Below, piece after piece: positions 28,801-36,870 of a stretch of DNA of 64,000 nucleotides; position 1 is the stretch's first letter, and the number at the start of each line of letters is the position of its first letter. Both the position numbers and the translations under genes were made by a program. The stretch is from a virus. The notes beneath the pieces were generated by a model. That model had not been told where the DNA came from, ran no database searches, and saw only the letters and a program-made list of their open reading frames with translations. The stretch covers positions 1-64,000 of the IMG/VR virus record IMGVR_UViG_3300032245_001520, one strand, 5' to 3'.

Positions 28801-30825
28801 TCCCAAGTTGAGGATGCGTTTCTGCTCGTTCGACTTGACCTCTTCTTCGAGGAGGACAAGAGGGCGAGAGATGCCTGAGAGGAGGAACCCTCGGTCGTTA
28901 GCATTGGCGCCACCCAGTGTGCCGATGCCCGCGAAACCCTCGGACTGAATAGCGACAGACCCGAAGTCGGTCTTGCTATTGGTGAGCGACAGAATGGCAC
29001 CGTTCATAGCCCAGGCACCGACAGCAGCGCCGATGGTGTAACATTCGCCTGCCTCGGTGAATGCGTTGGCACCACGCACTCGGAACCCGAAGTGGCGGAA
29101 GTCGTTGTCCAGATCGGTGATGCCAGTGCTCAGTCGCCCGTCGCCGACTCGCAGAGTCTCGTAGTAGTACCGGATGTTCGAGATGGAAGCACGGTTGAGT
29201 GTCTCGAGTTGGTACTCAGTCGGAACCTCGTACGGATAGGCATACTCGGTGACCAAGGACTGACCCAGTGTTGAGAGAGACACCCAGTCTTGATCGGAGG
29301 TGGCGTACACCTCGTAGGCAGCAGGGTCGAGTTGTAGGGAGAAGGCAGTGCAGGTCTCGGTGATGGCGGATTTGAATCCGGAGACCAGATCGCCGTCGTT
29401 GTCTTCGAGGCACATGCCATAGCTCGATCGAAGACTCAGACGTGTCGCACGAGGCGAGGCGAATGCTGTCGAGTTGCTGCTGATGTTGTCAGGGAAAACA
29501 CCGGTGGTCGGCGCCACGATCGTGGTCTCGCCAGGGAAGGACACTCGGGTGTCGACGCGACCCGCAAACTCGGGGAATGCTTTCTGCACTTTGGTGTAGA
29601 AGTCGCGCAGTTCCTGCAGAGTGGCACTGGTGTGACCACGCAGTCGATGGTGAGAGTAGTTGTGCAGTTCGTACGATGTGCCGTCTGCCGGTTTGAAATA
29701 CGGAAAAATGTTGCTAACTGCCAGTTTGGTGCCACTCAGATCGTTGATGCCGGGGGGCAACTGACTGAAGAGCACGTAGGTGGCTCCGGTGCTGTACGCA
29801 GACGAGGTGGGCGACAGACGGAAGGTGAACGAGTCGACGGGACTGGCGTAGTATGCGCCAGGGGGGAATGCGTCGGACCGAATGGTCGTGCTAGGGTACG
29901 ACACCGATGTGAAGTCGTCCTCGCTCAAACCGTGGGGGCGACGAGACCGGAAGACTGCCTCGCCGTTGGCGTTTGCTGTGATGGAGACAACGTCGCGGGT
30001 CTCGACTTTGTCACAGTAGACGAAGTTGTCGAAGAAGCACCCGCCCGACCGTTTGAAGATCGATGTGATGGGTTGATTGCTGATCGCGGTGCTAGTGGTG
30101 GTCAGTGCGTAGGGGACCGGGTACGCAGGGTGGGTGTATTTCGGAACGTACGTCGGATGAATCGAACACTCTCTGGGATTGTCGCTGATGATCGAGATGC
30201 CAGCAGGGATAACGAGAGCACCGTCTGGAGTGTTGAACTCTTGCAACTGGTACTGTTGGACGTTTCCGTCTACCGATTGAGAAAAATCAACTGAGAAATC
30301 TTGGACGGTGTTACCGGGACCATTGACCACACAATTGCGGCCACCAAGGAGAACAACCTGATAGGTGGCGTCAAACCATCCCTTCAGGAAGTTCTCAATG
30401 TATAATTTCGTGAGTTGGATGACAGCGCGATTGACTGTGACAAACGGGATAGACTGTCCATCATTCTGAAGCGAGTCGGTAGCGTTTGGGTACTCAGGTC
30501 CGACGAAGACGGTGTATCCGCCGCTACCACCAAAGAAGGGCGACGAGACTGCCTCCCACGTGTTCCTATCAGATCCAATACTAAGCGACTTGGTGTTGAC
30601 GTCGTACCAGAGTTCGCCTTTTGCAGGGAGGGAGGTTGGTTCCGAAGGCGAATACGCAGTCGGGCCAATCTTGACGATGCTGCTGTCAGAGACTTGGAAA
30701 AATGCTCCAGGATCGACGCTATTTGTATTTAGCCCCAACTCTCCTGGCACCAAATTGGCCGGGGTGGGGCGTTTTCCGAGGATCGAGGATCGCTTGAAGA
30801 CGATTTTTACAGCGTTGCTGGACAT
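25873..30825 (-). CDS. large virion structural protein (1650 aa)
   Basis: KRSS module, ATDS..NDG...PF.T..RA motif, three C-terminal DISxxFDG...LFV.LGGV.Q domains. Confidence 0.75.
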   Translation of the reverse strand: MSSNAVKIVFKRSSILGKRPTPANLVPGELGLNTNSVDPGAFFQVSDSSIVKIGPTAYSPSEPTSLPAKGELWYDVNTKSLSIGSDRNTWEAVSSPFFGGSGGYTVFVGPEYPNATDSLQNDGQSIPFVTVNRAVIQLTKLYIENFLKGWFDATYQVVLLGGRNCVVNGPGNTVQDFSVDFSQSVDGNVQQYQLQEFNTPDGALVIPAGISIISDNPRECSIHPTYVPKYTHPAYPVPYALTTTSTAISNQPITSIFKRSGGCFFDNFVYCDKVETRDVVSITANANGEAVFRSRRPHGLSEDDFTSVSYPSTTIRSDAFPPGAYYASPVDSFTFRLSPTSSAYSTGATYVLFSQLPPGINDLSGTKLAVSNIFPYFKPADGTSYELHNYSHHRLRGHTSATLQELRDFYTKVQKAFPEFAGRVDTRVSFPGETTIVAPTTGVFPDNISSNSTAFASPRATRLSLRSSYGMCLEDNDGDLVSGFKSAITETCTAFSLQLDPAAYEVYATSDQDWVSLSTLGQSLVTEYAYPYEVPTEYQLETLNRASISNIRYYYETLRVGDGRLSTGITDLDNDFRHFGFRVRGANAFTEAGECYTIGAAVGAWAMNGAILSLTNSKTDFGSVAIQSEGFAGIGTLGGANANDRGFLLSGISRPLVLLEEEVKSNEQKRILNLGSKVVRVVQDPTDSSVQLVVLSHPFNPESILPFSLAPGSALYIADPDCSYQGFFVTDGSPTAILSDPTYNGGGVLRLRLSDSRIPMGDQYSNDTSGFDTPYIRRFIDPRSQEQRSYGFFVSSTNPTSLAPQYGSVLRLNQTGQNLSNTLKRGYQFDPGINGGVSQTFSVVGSSPTVSGLSANFNNKVADATQSTTYNVYATLVDGSAPWVQSANFTELGFNTNGQTAFNSAAGSYFTYQNRNYFAAENNIWNTLYYQTNFTTLNGPTKVSPNKVDSPFVTTSVTLRQEPITDSYLGYVQPTLYPTYTGYLAQQPNLTFMRGATPPITQFGAQNVYDGDDGSSGLGIIYKRRLTPVSTATLTVSRTVQTYQAMSLPSDSGATRGRPAIIELDVLSVLGIGDPKEGLIVAQLSHPDVATTEYVRIVNVVSSNVRAIRNYYPEYNPGVFNSDNGTFTPEQWPKGTTVTLCEETNTPEPTVYDPFWSITKSTMYRFFEVMGYSAELMKTYLQPQYWGDRVLPIESIRLSPINGYAAFTSPWPIEFNQPSQVLSNTHTWQYCGYYNPSRGLLKYQTNDISRKLLFDYYATSVWGGRLVVAGVNDYGSTVLYGPVREAVTGNFYQNENPSNNPANRLVYLPPSPTQYPAPILVYSTDNISSEFDGTKVEFDLKREGYNLPSTQLLENGSNLFVNLGGVVQKPGTAYSLVIQDGVVQPKILFTSPPAIGAICDIRVVTSEDNETTLEVVTLSAIPEIDGTTSLFTLSPTEITLKSKDLFAFLSGVGQIPTGDFQGDASYQVQQVFVSTTKVTQLSYLGESPALGTSYDYRAILSGAGYRSREATSVYVQNLDDISPQFNGVKVTFDLIIGGKPVDATIVNAENLFVNLGGVLQTPSKASTLDPNSISYRVVPNLATGTLGIQFSEPPQALTTCNIRVVTAAEFIACAATQSEGLVTQYVLLAGDGVTQRSDGSIDVIDEGLLD

Positions 30826-30870
30826 GTGCTAACGAGCATAGGGACCCAAGAGTAAAGACTCTGGCGCAAG

Positions 30871-30880
30871 GGTTTTACCC
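30871..30880 (-). promoter_or_regulatory. GGGTAAAACC putative late promoter
   Basis: Upstream of ATG 30825. Confidence 0.7.
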
Positions 30881-30881
30881 G

Positions 30882-31049
30882 CTACAGGTATGCAGCACCG
30901 ATGACTGCATCGTCGCTCACATTCCCCCTTTCGCGCAGTGCGATCGCGGCATCCAGGTACTTCATGGCAGCATCGTTCTCCTCACTTGAGGACCCGCGAT
31001 TCTGTTTATACTTGTCGTACAAGGCGACATACTTTTCGTCGTCATTCAT
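30882..31049 (-). CDS. small hypothetical protein (55 aa)
   Basis: MNDDEKYVALYDKYKQ...; starts 1 nt after the kinase stop. Confidence 0.6.
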   Translation of the reverse strand: MNDDEKYVALYDKYKQNRGSSSEENDAAMKYLDAAIALRERGNVSDDAVIGAAYL

Positions 31050-31050
31050 G

Positions 31051-32664
31051 TCAAATTCCTGCATAGAGAGTGTTGATGAGGTCCATAGCTTGCTCATCAG
31101 TTATTTTAGCGAACGCGCCTTTCGTGTAAACCTCTGGTTTTTTTCTAATACCACGGGTCATGATCTCGCCGATCTCGTCGTCAGAAAGACCCATCTCATT
31201 CCGCATTTTCGAAATCACGTCGCGTTTGTTCTCATTGACCTTATAAAGGGCAGGTGCAACCGTTTCAAGGTCAGCGTAAGTTTTCTGACCTCTCATCACT
31301 TGATTCAGTTCCCCCAACCCTGGAACATCCCACCGTTTCACCTGCCAGTCCCCGTCACCCACGCTAGTGGAACCGCGAGGGGGTTGAAACGCACCGAGTG
31401 CCTCGGCGAGTGCAGCACGAGGGTTGTCGAGTGCGAGACCCAGATCGACAATTTTGCCCTTGCCGTCTTTGCCAACCATCACGTTGTCAATGTGCATATC
31501 GTTGTGTTGAATGCCAGCACGATGCACATCGGCACGCGTCTCCCAGTAGATAGTTGAGTGTTGTTTACCAGTTGCGTGGTGTGAACCAGGGGTCTTATCG
31601 CCGAGGGGTTTCCCGTCGAGTGCCTCCATTGCGATGCGACCGGTGCGGACGTCGACGAAACTCTGCCTGTTATTGCCAGGACCATTGATCTCAGCACCGA
31701 TGAGTTTCGGTCCGACACCTACCTCGCCCAGTTTCTTGATGATCGCTGCCTCCTCAGAGGAAACATCGCCTCGCTTGTGTGCGACGCCACCCTTGGTCTG
31801 AATTACGGTGCCGTACGCACCCTGACCGAGTTTCTTCGACCCCGACCCCGTGCTCTCTTTCCAGTCGACGGTCTCGCCGATTTTGCGCACTTGGTCGATG
31901 CGTGGGAACGCTGAGTCAAAACTGCTTGCGCTGCTTCTTGCCAGTCGCGTTGCCATCGGAGCGGCGGATGCGTCGGCACCGGGTCCGTTGATGGCACGGT
32001 TGAGTCTCTCGTCGCCGTCGCCTTGCTGGTTTCTCAGGTCTCTGGCGGCGAACAGCAGTGCGGATAGATCACCTTTGAAATCCTCTCGAGTCATCCCCCC
32101 GTGCCCCATCGCCTCGTGCAACATGTCAAGGTGCTGTTGCTTGCGATTGGCAGCGTCAAGTTCCTGGCGCACCGGTCCGACGTTACCGCCGGGCGACCGA
32201 GGCATTTGGCGTGGTGCCTGCCAATCCACCTTCAGGTCGGACATTTTGTCCGGTGCGTTTGCCTCCTCTTCGAGTCTCTTTTGCAGACCAGGAGTCAGAA
32301 ACGGTTTGCGCGCGATACCTATAGGTTTCTTTTCCTCCTTCACAGCGTCAGTCATAGGTTTCCCCGCAGACCCCTTCGGTATCAACCCTGCTGCTTCCAA
32401 CCGTCGCTTAAACTCCCTGCCCTTCTCGCCGGGGACCACGTTGCCCCCTCGCTCCGCTGCGATCTGACGGCGGATGTCTTTCGCTTTCTTCTCTGCTTCC
32501 CTGCCTCCAATGTGCTTGGCGACGGCAACCAGTTCTTTCGCCCTGACCTCCTCGCTCGCCTTTTCCAGGGCGCCACGGAGTGTCGTCGGCATGCTGACAC
32601 GGCAGTATCGCGATTTCTCGATGCAAGTTCCACCGCAGGATTTTCCACTACCGCATTTTTTCAT
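31051..32664 (-). CDS. protein kinase-fold protein with N-terminal Cys motif
   Basis: Gly loop LGQGAYGTV, AHK, IAME hinge, catalytic HNDMHIDN and DLG; N-terminus MKKCGSGKSCGGTCIEKSRYCR. Confidence 0.85.
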   Translation of the reverse strand: MKKCGSGKSCGGTCIEKSRYCRVSMPTTLRGALEKASEEVRAKELVAVAKHIGGREAEKKAKDIRRQIAAERGGNVVPGEKGREFKRRLEAAGLIPKGSAGKPMTDAVKEEKKPIGIARKPFLTPGLQKRLEEEANAPDKMSDLKVDWQAPRQMPRSPGGNVGPVRQELDAANRKQQHLDMLHEAMGHGGMTREDFKGDLSALLFAARDLRNQQGDGDERLNRAINGPGADASAAPMATRLARSSASSFDSAFPRIDQVRKIGETVDWKESTGSGSKKLGQGAYGTVIQTKGGVAHKRGDVSSEEAAIIKKLGEVGVGPKLIGAEINGPGNNRQSFVDVRTGRIAMEALDGKPLGDKTPGSHHATGKQHSTIYWETRADVHRAGIQHNDMHIDNVMVGKDGKGKIVDLGLALDNPRAALAEALGAFQPPRGSTSVGDGDWQVKRWDVPGLGELNQVMRGQKTYADLETVAPALYKVNENKRDVISKMRNEMGLSDDEIGEIMTRGIRKKPEVYTKGAFAKITDEQAMDLINTLYAGI

Positions 32665-32671
32665 GGGTGTC

Positions 32672-33169
32672 TCAACGATTTGCGCGACGCTCGGCGAAGT
32701 CACGAATGCGCGACTCCAGACTGGCGATCTTCTCGTCAAGGTTGATGCTCTCCGAGTATCCCATCATGCCATCGTATTGATCAGTCTGGGCAGCACCCAG
32801 GTCATTGACCGCAGCAGCAGCGTCGATCCTGCTCTTCTCCTTCGTCAGTGCCGCCAGTTCTTTCAGTTGAGTCTGCAATGCCTGGAAATTGCCTTGGAGG
32901 CGAGACACGCGAATCTTTTCCTGCACTCGCTCAATTTGATCTTCGACAGCATATCCTTTCTGCTCCAGCGCAGACTGGCGCGACTGGCGTGAGGTAGGGT
33001 ACAGTTCGTCGTATGCGTTTTCGACAACACTTGTATTTTGTGGCTCCATAACCGTGCCTCGGAAGTAGTCCGTGGGGTCATGGGTGAAATTCAGGGTTTC
33101 GTGCCCCCTTTCAGAATAGATGAGGTATGCGCTCTTCAGCGCCTCCTCAGAGATGGCATCTTTCCGCAT
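32672..33169 (-). CDS. hypothetical coiled-coil protein, putative head-associated
   Basis: Start MRKDAISEE at 33169 lies after the promoter motif; contains YSE, YSE, FAE. Confidence 0.7.
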   Translation of the reverse strand: MRKDAISEEALKSAYLIYSERGHETLNFTHDPTDYFRGTVMEPQNTSVVENAYDELYPTSRQSRQSALEQKGYAVEDQIERVQEKIRVSRLQGNFQALQTQLKELAALTKEKSRIDAAAAVNDLGAAQTDQYDGMMGYSESINLDEKIASLESRIRDFAERRANR

Positions 33170-33194
33170 AGCCGGGAACAGAGGTTCGTTGACA

Positions 33195-33204
33195 GGTTTT
33201 ACCC
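33195..33204 (-). promoter_or_regulatory. GGGTAAAACC putative late promoter
   Basis: Upstream of ATG 33169. Confidence 0.7.
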
Positions 33205-33205
33205 C

Positions 33206-33225
33206 TGCCATGTGTTCGATCGATC
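33206..33225 (-). repeat. GATC-rich element, partial copy 3
   Basis: GATCGATCGAACACATGGCA, 20 bp identical to copies 1 and 2. Confidence 0.75.
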
Positions 33226-33964
33226 ATGCTTGTTCGAGCACATCCTGTCCGATCTTGTTGATGATCTTCTGACGACCGCTACCCGTTTTCTCTTTCACCA
33301 GTTCTTTGCTTAGTTGCTTCACACCTTTCTGGGGAGCAGGTTGAACCATCTTCGGCGAAGGTTTCTTAGAGATTTTCGGCATCTCCTTGTTTTCGCCGTA
33401 ATCCTCCTCGGCACCCTGCACAAAGTCGCCGACCGCATTCATCCCCTCGTAGGCAGAGGAGATTTTGTAGGCAACCCACGGCGGCATGTTCTCGCTGCCA
33501 TCGAGCATGCCGAGAACACTGTCAACGTTCTCTCGCAGAGACCGCAGTTGACTCATCAGCATGCGCCCATTATCCTCCTCTGAGTGCAGAGGATCCTCTT
33601 CCTCGCCCTCCTCAGCATAGTTTGGTGCCGCACGCATTGCCAGTGTGCCATTCTTGTTGCTCGCTTTCGCCAGCACGTCGGATCGGGGCATTCTTTGGGG
33701 CACACCCTCGCTCATCTGCGGATTCTTCAGGTCGCCCTTGCCGGGTTCTTTCGGTAGGTAGTTCGGAGTCATCTCAGCAGTGGCAACGTCACCCTCGCTG
33801 TGCTTGGAGTCCACAGGCGCACAGTTGGGTACCATGCGACCGCCTTTCTTTTTCATCCCAAACGCTTCGTAGTTCTTCCAACAAGCGTCCTTAAGAGACC
33901 TCGCAGTCCCCTCGCTGTACCCCATGGACAGCAGGCGATCCCAGTCGTAGTTCAAGATTTCCAT
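33224..33964 (-). CDS. putative internal head protein
   Basis: CWKNYEAFGMKKKGGRMVPNC motif, which I recall from large-phage head-region proteins; many aromatic/His-x-Glu motifs. Confidence 0.6.
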   Translation of the reverse strand: MEILNYDWDRLLSMGYSEGTARSLKDACWKNYEAFGMKKKGGRMVPNCAPVDSKHSEGDVATAEMTPNYLPKEPGKGDLKNPQMSEGVPQRMPRSDVLAKASNKNGTLAMRAAPNYAEEGEEEDPLHSEEDNGRMLMSQLRSLRENVDSVLGMLDGSENMPPWVAYKISSAYEGMNAVGDFVQGAEEDYGENKEMPKISKKPSPKMVQPAPQKGVKQLSKELVKEKTGSGRQKIINKIGQDVLEQA

Positions 33965-34230
33965 GGTGTCTCCGCGTGGCGCCAGATTGTAAACTCTTTG
34001 TCGAGGTCGTCGACTTTTTCGGACAGGCGAACGTGGTCCTCTCTGAGTGTGTATTTCAGGGGGAGGTCTGCACGCATGTCGTTGATGGACTTTTCCATCC
34101 GCTCCATGTGAATGATAATGGACTCAAAACGACCGTCTATCCTCCTGCCATTTTTGTCCAGGAAGTACCCGATACCGGTCACAGTCGTGAAGACAGATCC
34201 GATGATTCCGATAATTACATCAATGCCCAT
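33952..34230 (-). CDS. small membrane protein (N-terminal TM helix plus coiled coil)
   Basis: Hydrophobic residues ~3-23, then coiled coil and LP..Y..RED. Confidence 0.7.
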   Translation of the reverse strand: MGIDVIIGIIGSVFTTVTGIGYFLDKNGRRIDGRFESIIIHMERMEKSINDMRADLPLKYTLREDHVRLSEKVDDLDKEFTIWRHAETPWKS

Positions 34231-34232
34231 CT

Positions 34233-34940
34233 CTAACTCGGCAGTCCGGACTCACCTGCTGCCATGCGTTGTTTGACTGAGTCGGGAAGACCGGACTCCA
34301 GACCGTGTGCCTTAGCGATCTTGATGATGTTCGCCATCACTTGACGGGGGTTCTTGGCACGACCAACTGAGGACCATGCCGCAGAGACGTCTTCGGCGGA
34401 GGAGATCGGGAAGGACATTTCTGGACCAGCAAAGGCACCCTTGGCAGCGCCACTCTGCAGTTCCTTGCGCTTTTCAGTGGACCACTCGCGGTACTCCTGA
34501 TCCTTGCGCTTCTTGTCACGACAGGACGCACAGGAGCAGTCACATCCGCAGTCCTCCTTAAAAGCGGGCAGGGGGGTGCTAAGCACCTCGGCGTCGAGTG
34601 ACTCTTCCTCGGAGAAGTTGTACTGGACCCGCTTCATCTCCTTGAATGACTCCATCCGCGCCTTCTTGCGCGAGAAGATTTCTTTCATGGCAGAAGCACC
34701 GTCGCAGTGATCGCAATACTCGCGATTGACTGTTGACTCGTTCTTTTGACGACGTGCTGCGTTTGCCTGAAGGATGCTCTCATTGTGATGGGAGAGATTC
34801 CCGTGGATGTCGGGCGACCACTTTTTTCCTTCGCGGTTCCTCTCCATTAGGTCAGGGATGCCGATCGAGTTACTCGCATTTAACATCCCCCCTGCACCAG
34901 GGAGTGTCACCCCGCTGAAATCAAGACTACTTCCGTACAT
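34233..34940 (-). CDS. hypothetical protein, putative head-associated
   Basis: Start MYGSSLDF after the promoter motif; CGCDCSCASC cluster; FAGP..SFPI....DV.AAW domain. Confidence 0.7.
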   Translation of the reverse strand: MYGSSLDFSGVTLPGAGGMLNASNSIGIPDLMERNREGKKWSPDIHGNLSHHNESILQANAARRQKNESTVNREYCDHCDGASAMKEIFSRKKARMESFKEMKRVQYNFSEEESLDAEVLSTPLPAFKEDCGCDCSCASCRDKKRKDQEYREWSTEKRKELQSGAAKGAFAGPEMSFPISSAEDVSAAWSSVGRAKNPRQVMANIIKIAKAHGLESGLPDSVKQRMAAGESGLPS

Positions 34941-34961
34941 ACGGGTCAATCGACGTTGAGG

Positions 34962-34971
34962 GGTTTTACCC
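34962..34971 (-). promoter_or_regulatory. GGGTAAAACC putative late promoter
   Basis: Upstream of ATG 34940. Confidence 0.7.
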
Positions 34972-35340
34972 TCAGTCTTCTTCGTCGGTGTCGTACTCGA
35001 TCTCGTCGTCACCGATGGAACCGAGCAACTCATCGACGAGTGCGTCGAGTTCCTCGTCGGAGATCACGTCCGAGTCCAACTCATCGTCCTCAACGTTCTC
35101 AGAGTCGTAGTGGTCCTGGGGATTGAACGGTTGGTTCACGGGTTCTGGGTATCTGCCCGAGGGATAGCGCCATAAGCCCGTATGCGCTATCCAGGGGGAA
35201 GTGTTGGAGATTTCTCCGGTTGGAAGTCCTGTCTCCTTATGAACATCCAGGTCTTCGGGGGTTTGCATTTGGGCAGCGTAAGCGGAGCGGAACGCTTCAA
35301 GTGCCTCCGCCGAGTAGTCGCCACCGATTCGATTGGTCAT
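34972..35340 (-). CDS. acidic hypothetical protein
   Basis: Start MTNRIGG at 35340; Asp/Glu-rich C-terminus. Confidence 0.7.
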   Translation of the reverse strand: MTNRIGGDYSAEALEAFRSAYAAQMQTPEDLDVHKETGLPTGEISNTSPWIAHTGLWRYPSGRYPEPVNQPFNPQDHYDSENVEDDELDSDVISDEELDALVDELLGSIGDDEIEYDTDEED

Positions 35341-35362
35341 GTTTGATCGAGTTGTTCTGAAT

Positions 35363-35372
35363 GTTTTTACCC
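35363..35372 (-). promoter_or_regulatory. GGGTAAAAAC late promoter variant
   Basis: Upstream of ATG 35340; overlaps the endonuclease stop. Confidence 0.55.
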
Positions 35373-36017
35373 CCTCCACTTGCGTCCGTTTTTCCACTCT
35401 GCCCCCGGGCTGTCCACCTGGTTTCTAATTTCCCCCTCTTTATTTACCCAGTACTTCCTGCCTTTCAGGGTGTCGCTTATTTTACGTCGCTTTTCATCGT
35501 TATACTTTTTTCCTTTCAACGATTCACTAATTTTTCTTCGGGTTTCCTCACTACGTTTTCGACCGGTGTGCAGCTTGATTAACTTTTGCCGGGTTTCCTC
35601 ACTAAGCCTTCGTCCCACCAGGGATGAACTAATTTTTTGTCGAGTAGCTTCGCTTACCTTTTTCCCAAACCTGTGATTTTTCTCTCCTGTGAATGCTTCT
35701 TTAAGGGCTATACGGGTTTCTTCGCTAAGTGTTTTTCCCGTGGTATCGAACTTTGTGCTGGTTTGTTTCGCCCTATTGGCAAATTGAGGATTTCGTCCCA
35801 CATCGTAAAATTCGTGCAAAGTAATTTCATCTGCAATCGCCTCTTCTCTTGTCTTGTAATCGCTTCTCAAAATAATTTTTTGTGCGGGTTTGAAGTTCTT
35901 GTCCGAGTAAGACCCGAAGTATGCCGTGTCTTCTTCAGGTAAGCAGTCACATGACCGGCTGCCTATGTATCCGCGACCCCAATTCTCGAAAGAGTAGTAA
36001 ACGTAGTGGTTTCTCAT
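35367..36017 (-). CDS. free-standing GIY-YIG homing endonuclease with NUMOD3 repeats
   Basis: HYVY...GYIGSR...YFGS; repeats of SEETR.KIS..L.G; AT-rich. Confidence 0.85.
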   Translation of the reverse strand: MRNHYVYYSFENWGRGYIGSRSCDCLPEEDTAYFGSYSDKNFKPAQKIILRSDYKTREEAIADEITLHEFYDVGRNPQFANRAKQTSTKFDTTGKTLSEETRIALKEAFTGEKNHRFGKKVSEATRQKISSSLVGRRLSEETRQKLIKLHTGRKRSEETRRKISESLKGKKYNDEKRRKISDTLKGRKYWVNKEGEIRNQVDSPGAEWKNGRKWRG

Positions 36018-36023
36018 GCGATC

Positions 36024-36512
36024 TCACCTTTTTTCTATTTTACCGTCGGTGCGCTGAAGTAAACGCGAGTTCCCGGTCAGTCTGGCCTCGTGTTTTTTGC
36101 CCTCCACCTTCACCTCCGCTTTCATTTTTGCCTCACTTAGCATATCTTTCTTCCTCTCCTCCAGAGTCGGTTCTGACTCTTTCTCAGGTTCGAGTGCGGT
36201 GGCATGCTCCTTCAACTTCGCCTTCACCTCGTTTTTCACAATGCCCTCCTCAAACATTTTCTTTCCCTTTTCTTCGGGTGTTTGTTCCACGTTTTCCGGC
36301 ACGACCTTTCCACTCTCGTCGATTTTATGCCCCTTGGGTGCCTCTTTCTTGATTGCTTCGGGGGTGCTGAGGGAGGACAAACGATCTAGAATCTTGGCGT
36401 GGTCCTCGCCTAGCTTAAATCGGCAGACTGCGGATGCCTTAACAGACATAGGACCGCAGGGCATCTTGTGAAGTGTCAGCAAGTCCGAGAGTGAGGGTTT
36501 TTCTTTTGTCAT
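36024..36512 (-). CDS. charged protein with degenerate Cys motif
   Basis: Start MTKEKPS at 36512; PCGPMSVKASAVCR. Confidence 0.65.
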   Translation of the reverse strand: MTKEKPSLSDLLTLHKMPCGPMSVKASAVCRFKLGEDHAKILDRLSSLSTPEAIKKEAPKGHKIDESGKVVPENVEQTPEEKGKKMFEEGIVKNEVKAKLKEHATALEPEKESEPTLEERKKDMLSEAKMKAEVKVEGKKHEARLTGNSRLLQRTDGKIEKR

Positions 36513-36513
36513 G

Positions 36514-36846
36514 TCATGCTCCAGTACGTTGTGGCATCCAACCATCGTTATGCGGTGCGTAGTGAACACCTTTCTTCTTCTCTTTCCGGGGGTTCGAGTC
36601 CTTTCGGTTCTCCTCTCGCATCGATGCGATCATCGTGTCTCGCATGTTTCTGAGGTGGTCGCGTGGCACTGTGCAATGATCTGAGTCACGGTAAGATCTG
36701 TAATGTCGACAAACCTCAGACGGGTCGTCACTGCGGGCCATCATCTCCCATATTCCCAATGCCTGCGAGTCATTGAGGATGCCCGGTTTGAGACCGGACT
36801 GAATCTCGTCCCTTGGAGGGCGATTGAATCGGGTGTCTTTGCGCAT
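36514..36846 (-). CDS. hypothetical protein
   Basis: 110 aa ORF, contiguous with neighbours. Confidence 0.65.
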   Translation of the reverse strand: MRKDTRFNRPPRDEIQSGLKPGILNDSQALGIWEMMARSDDPSEVCRHYRSYRDSDHCTVPRDHLRNMRDTMIASMREENRKDSNPRKEKKKGVHYAPHNDGWMPQRTGA

Positions 36847-36870
36847 TTGGATCGGGTGATGATGTGGGGT

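Noticed and set aside
32664-32739. Programmed frameshift fusing the 32672 gene to the kinase
   Set aside because: No slippery heptamer seen in the overlap, and an ATG at 32664 follows the upstream stop by 7 nt
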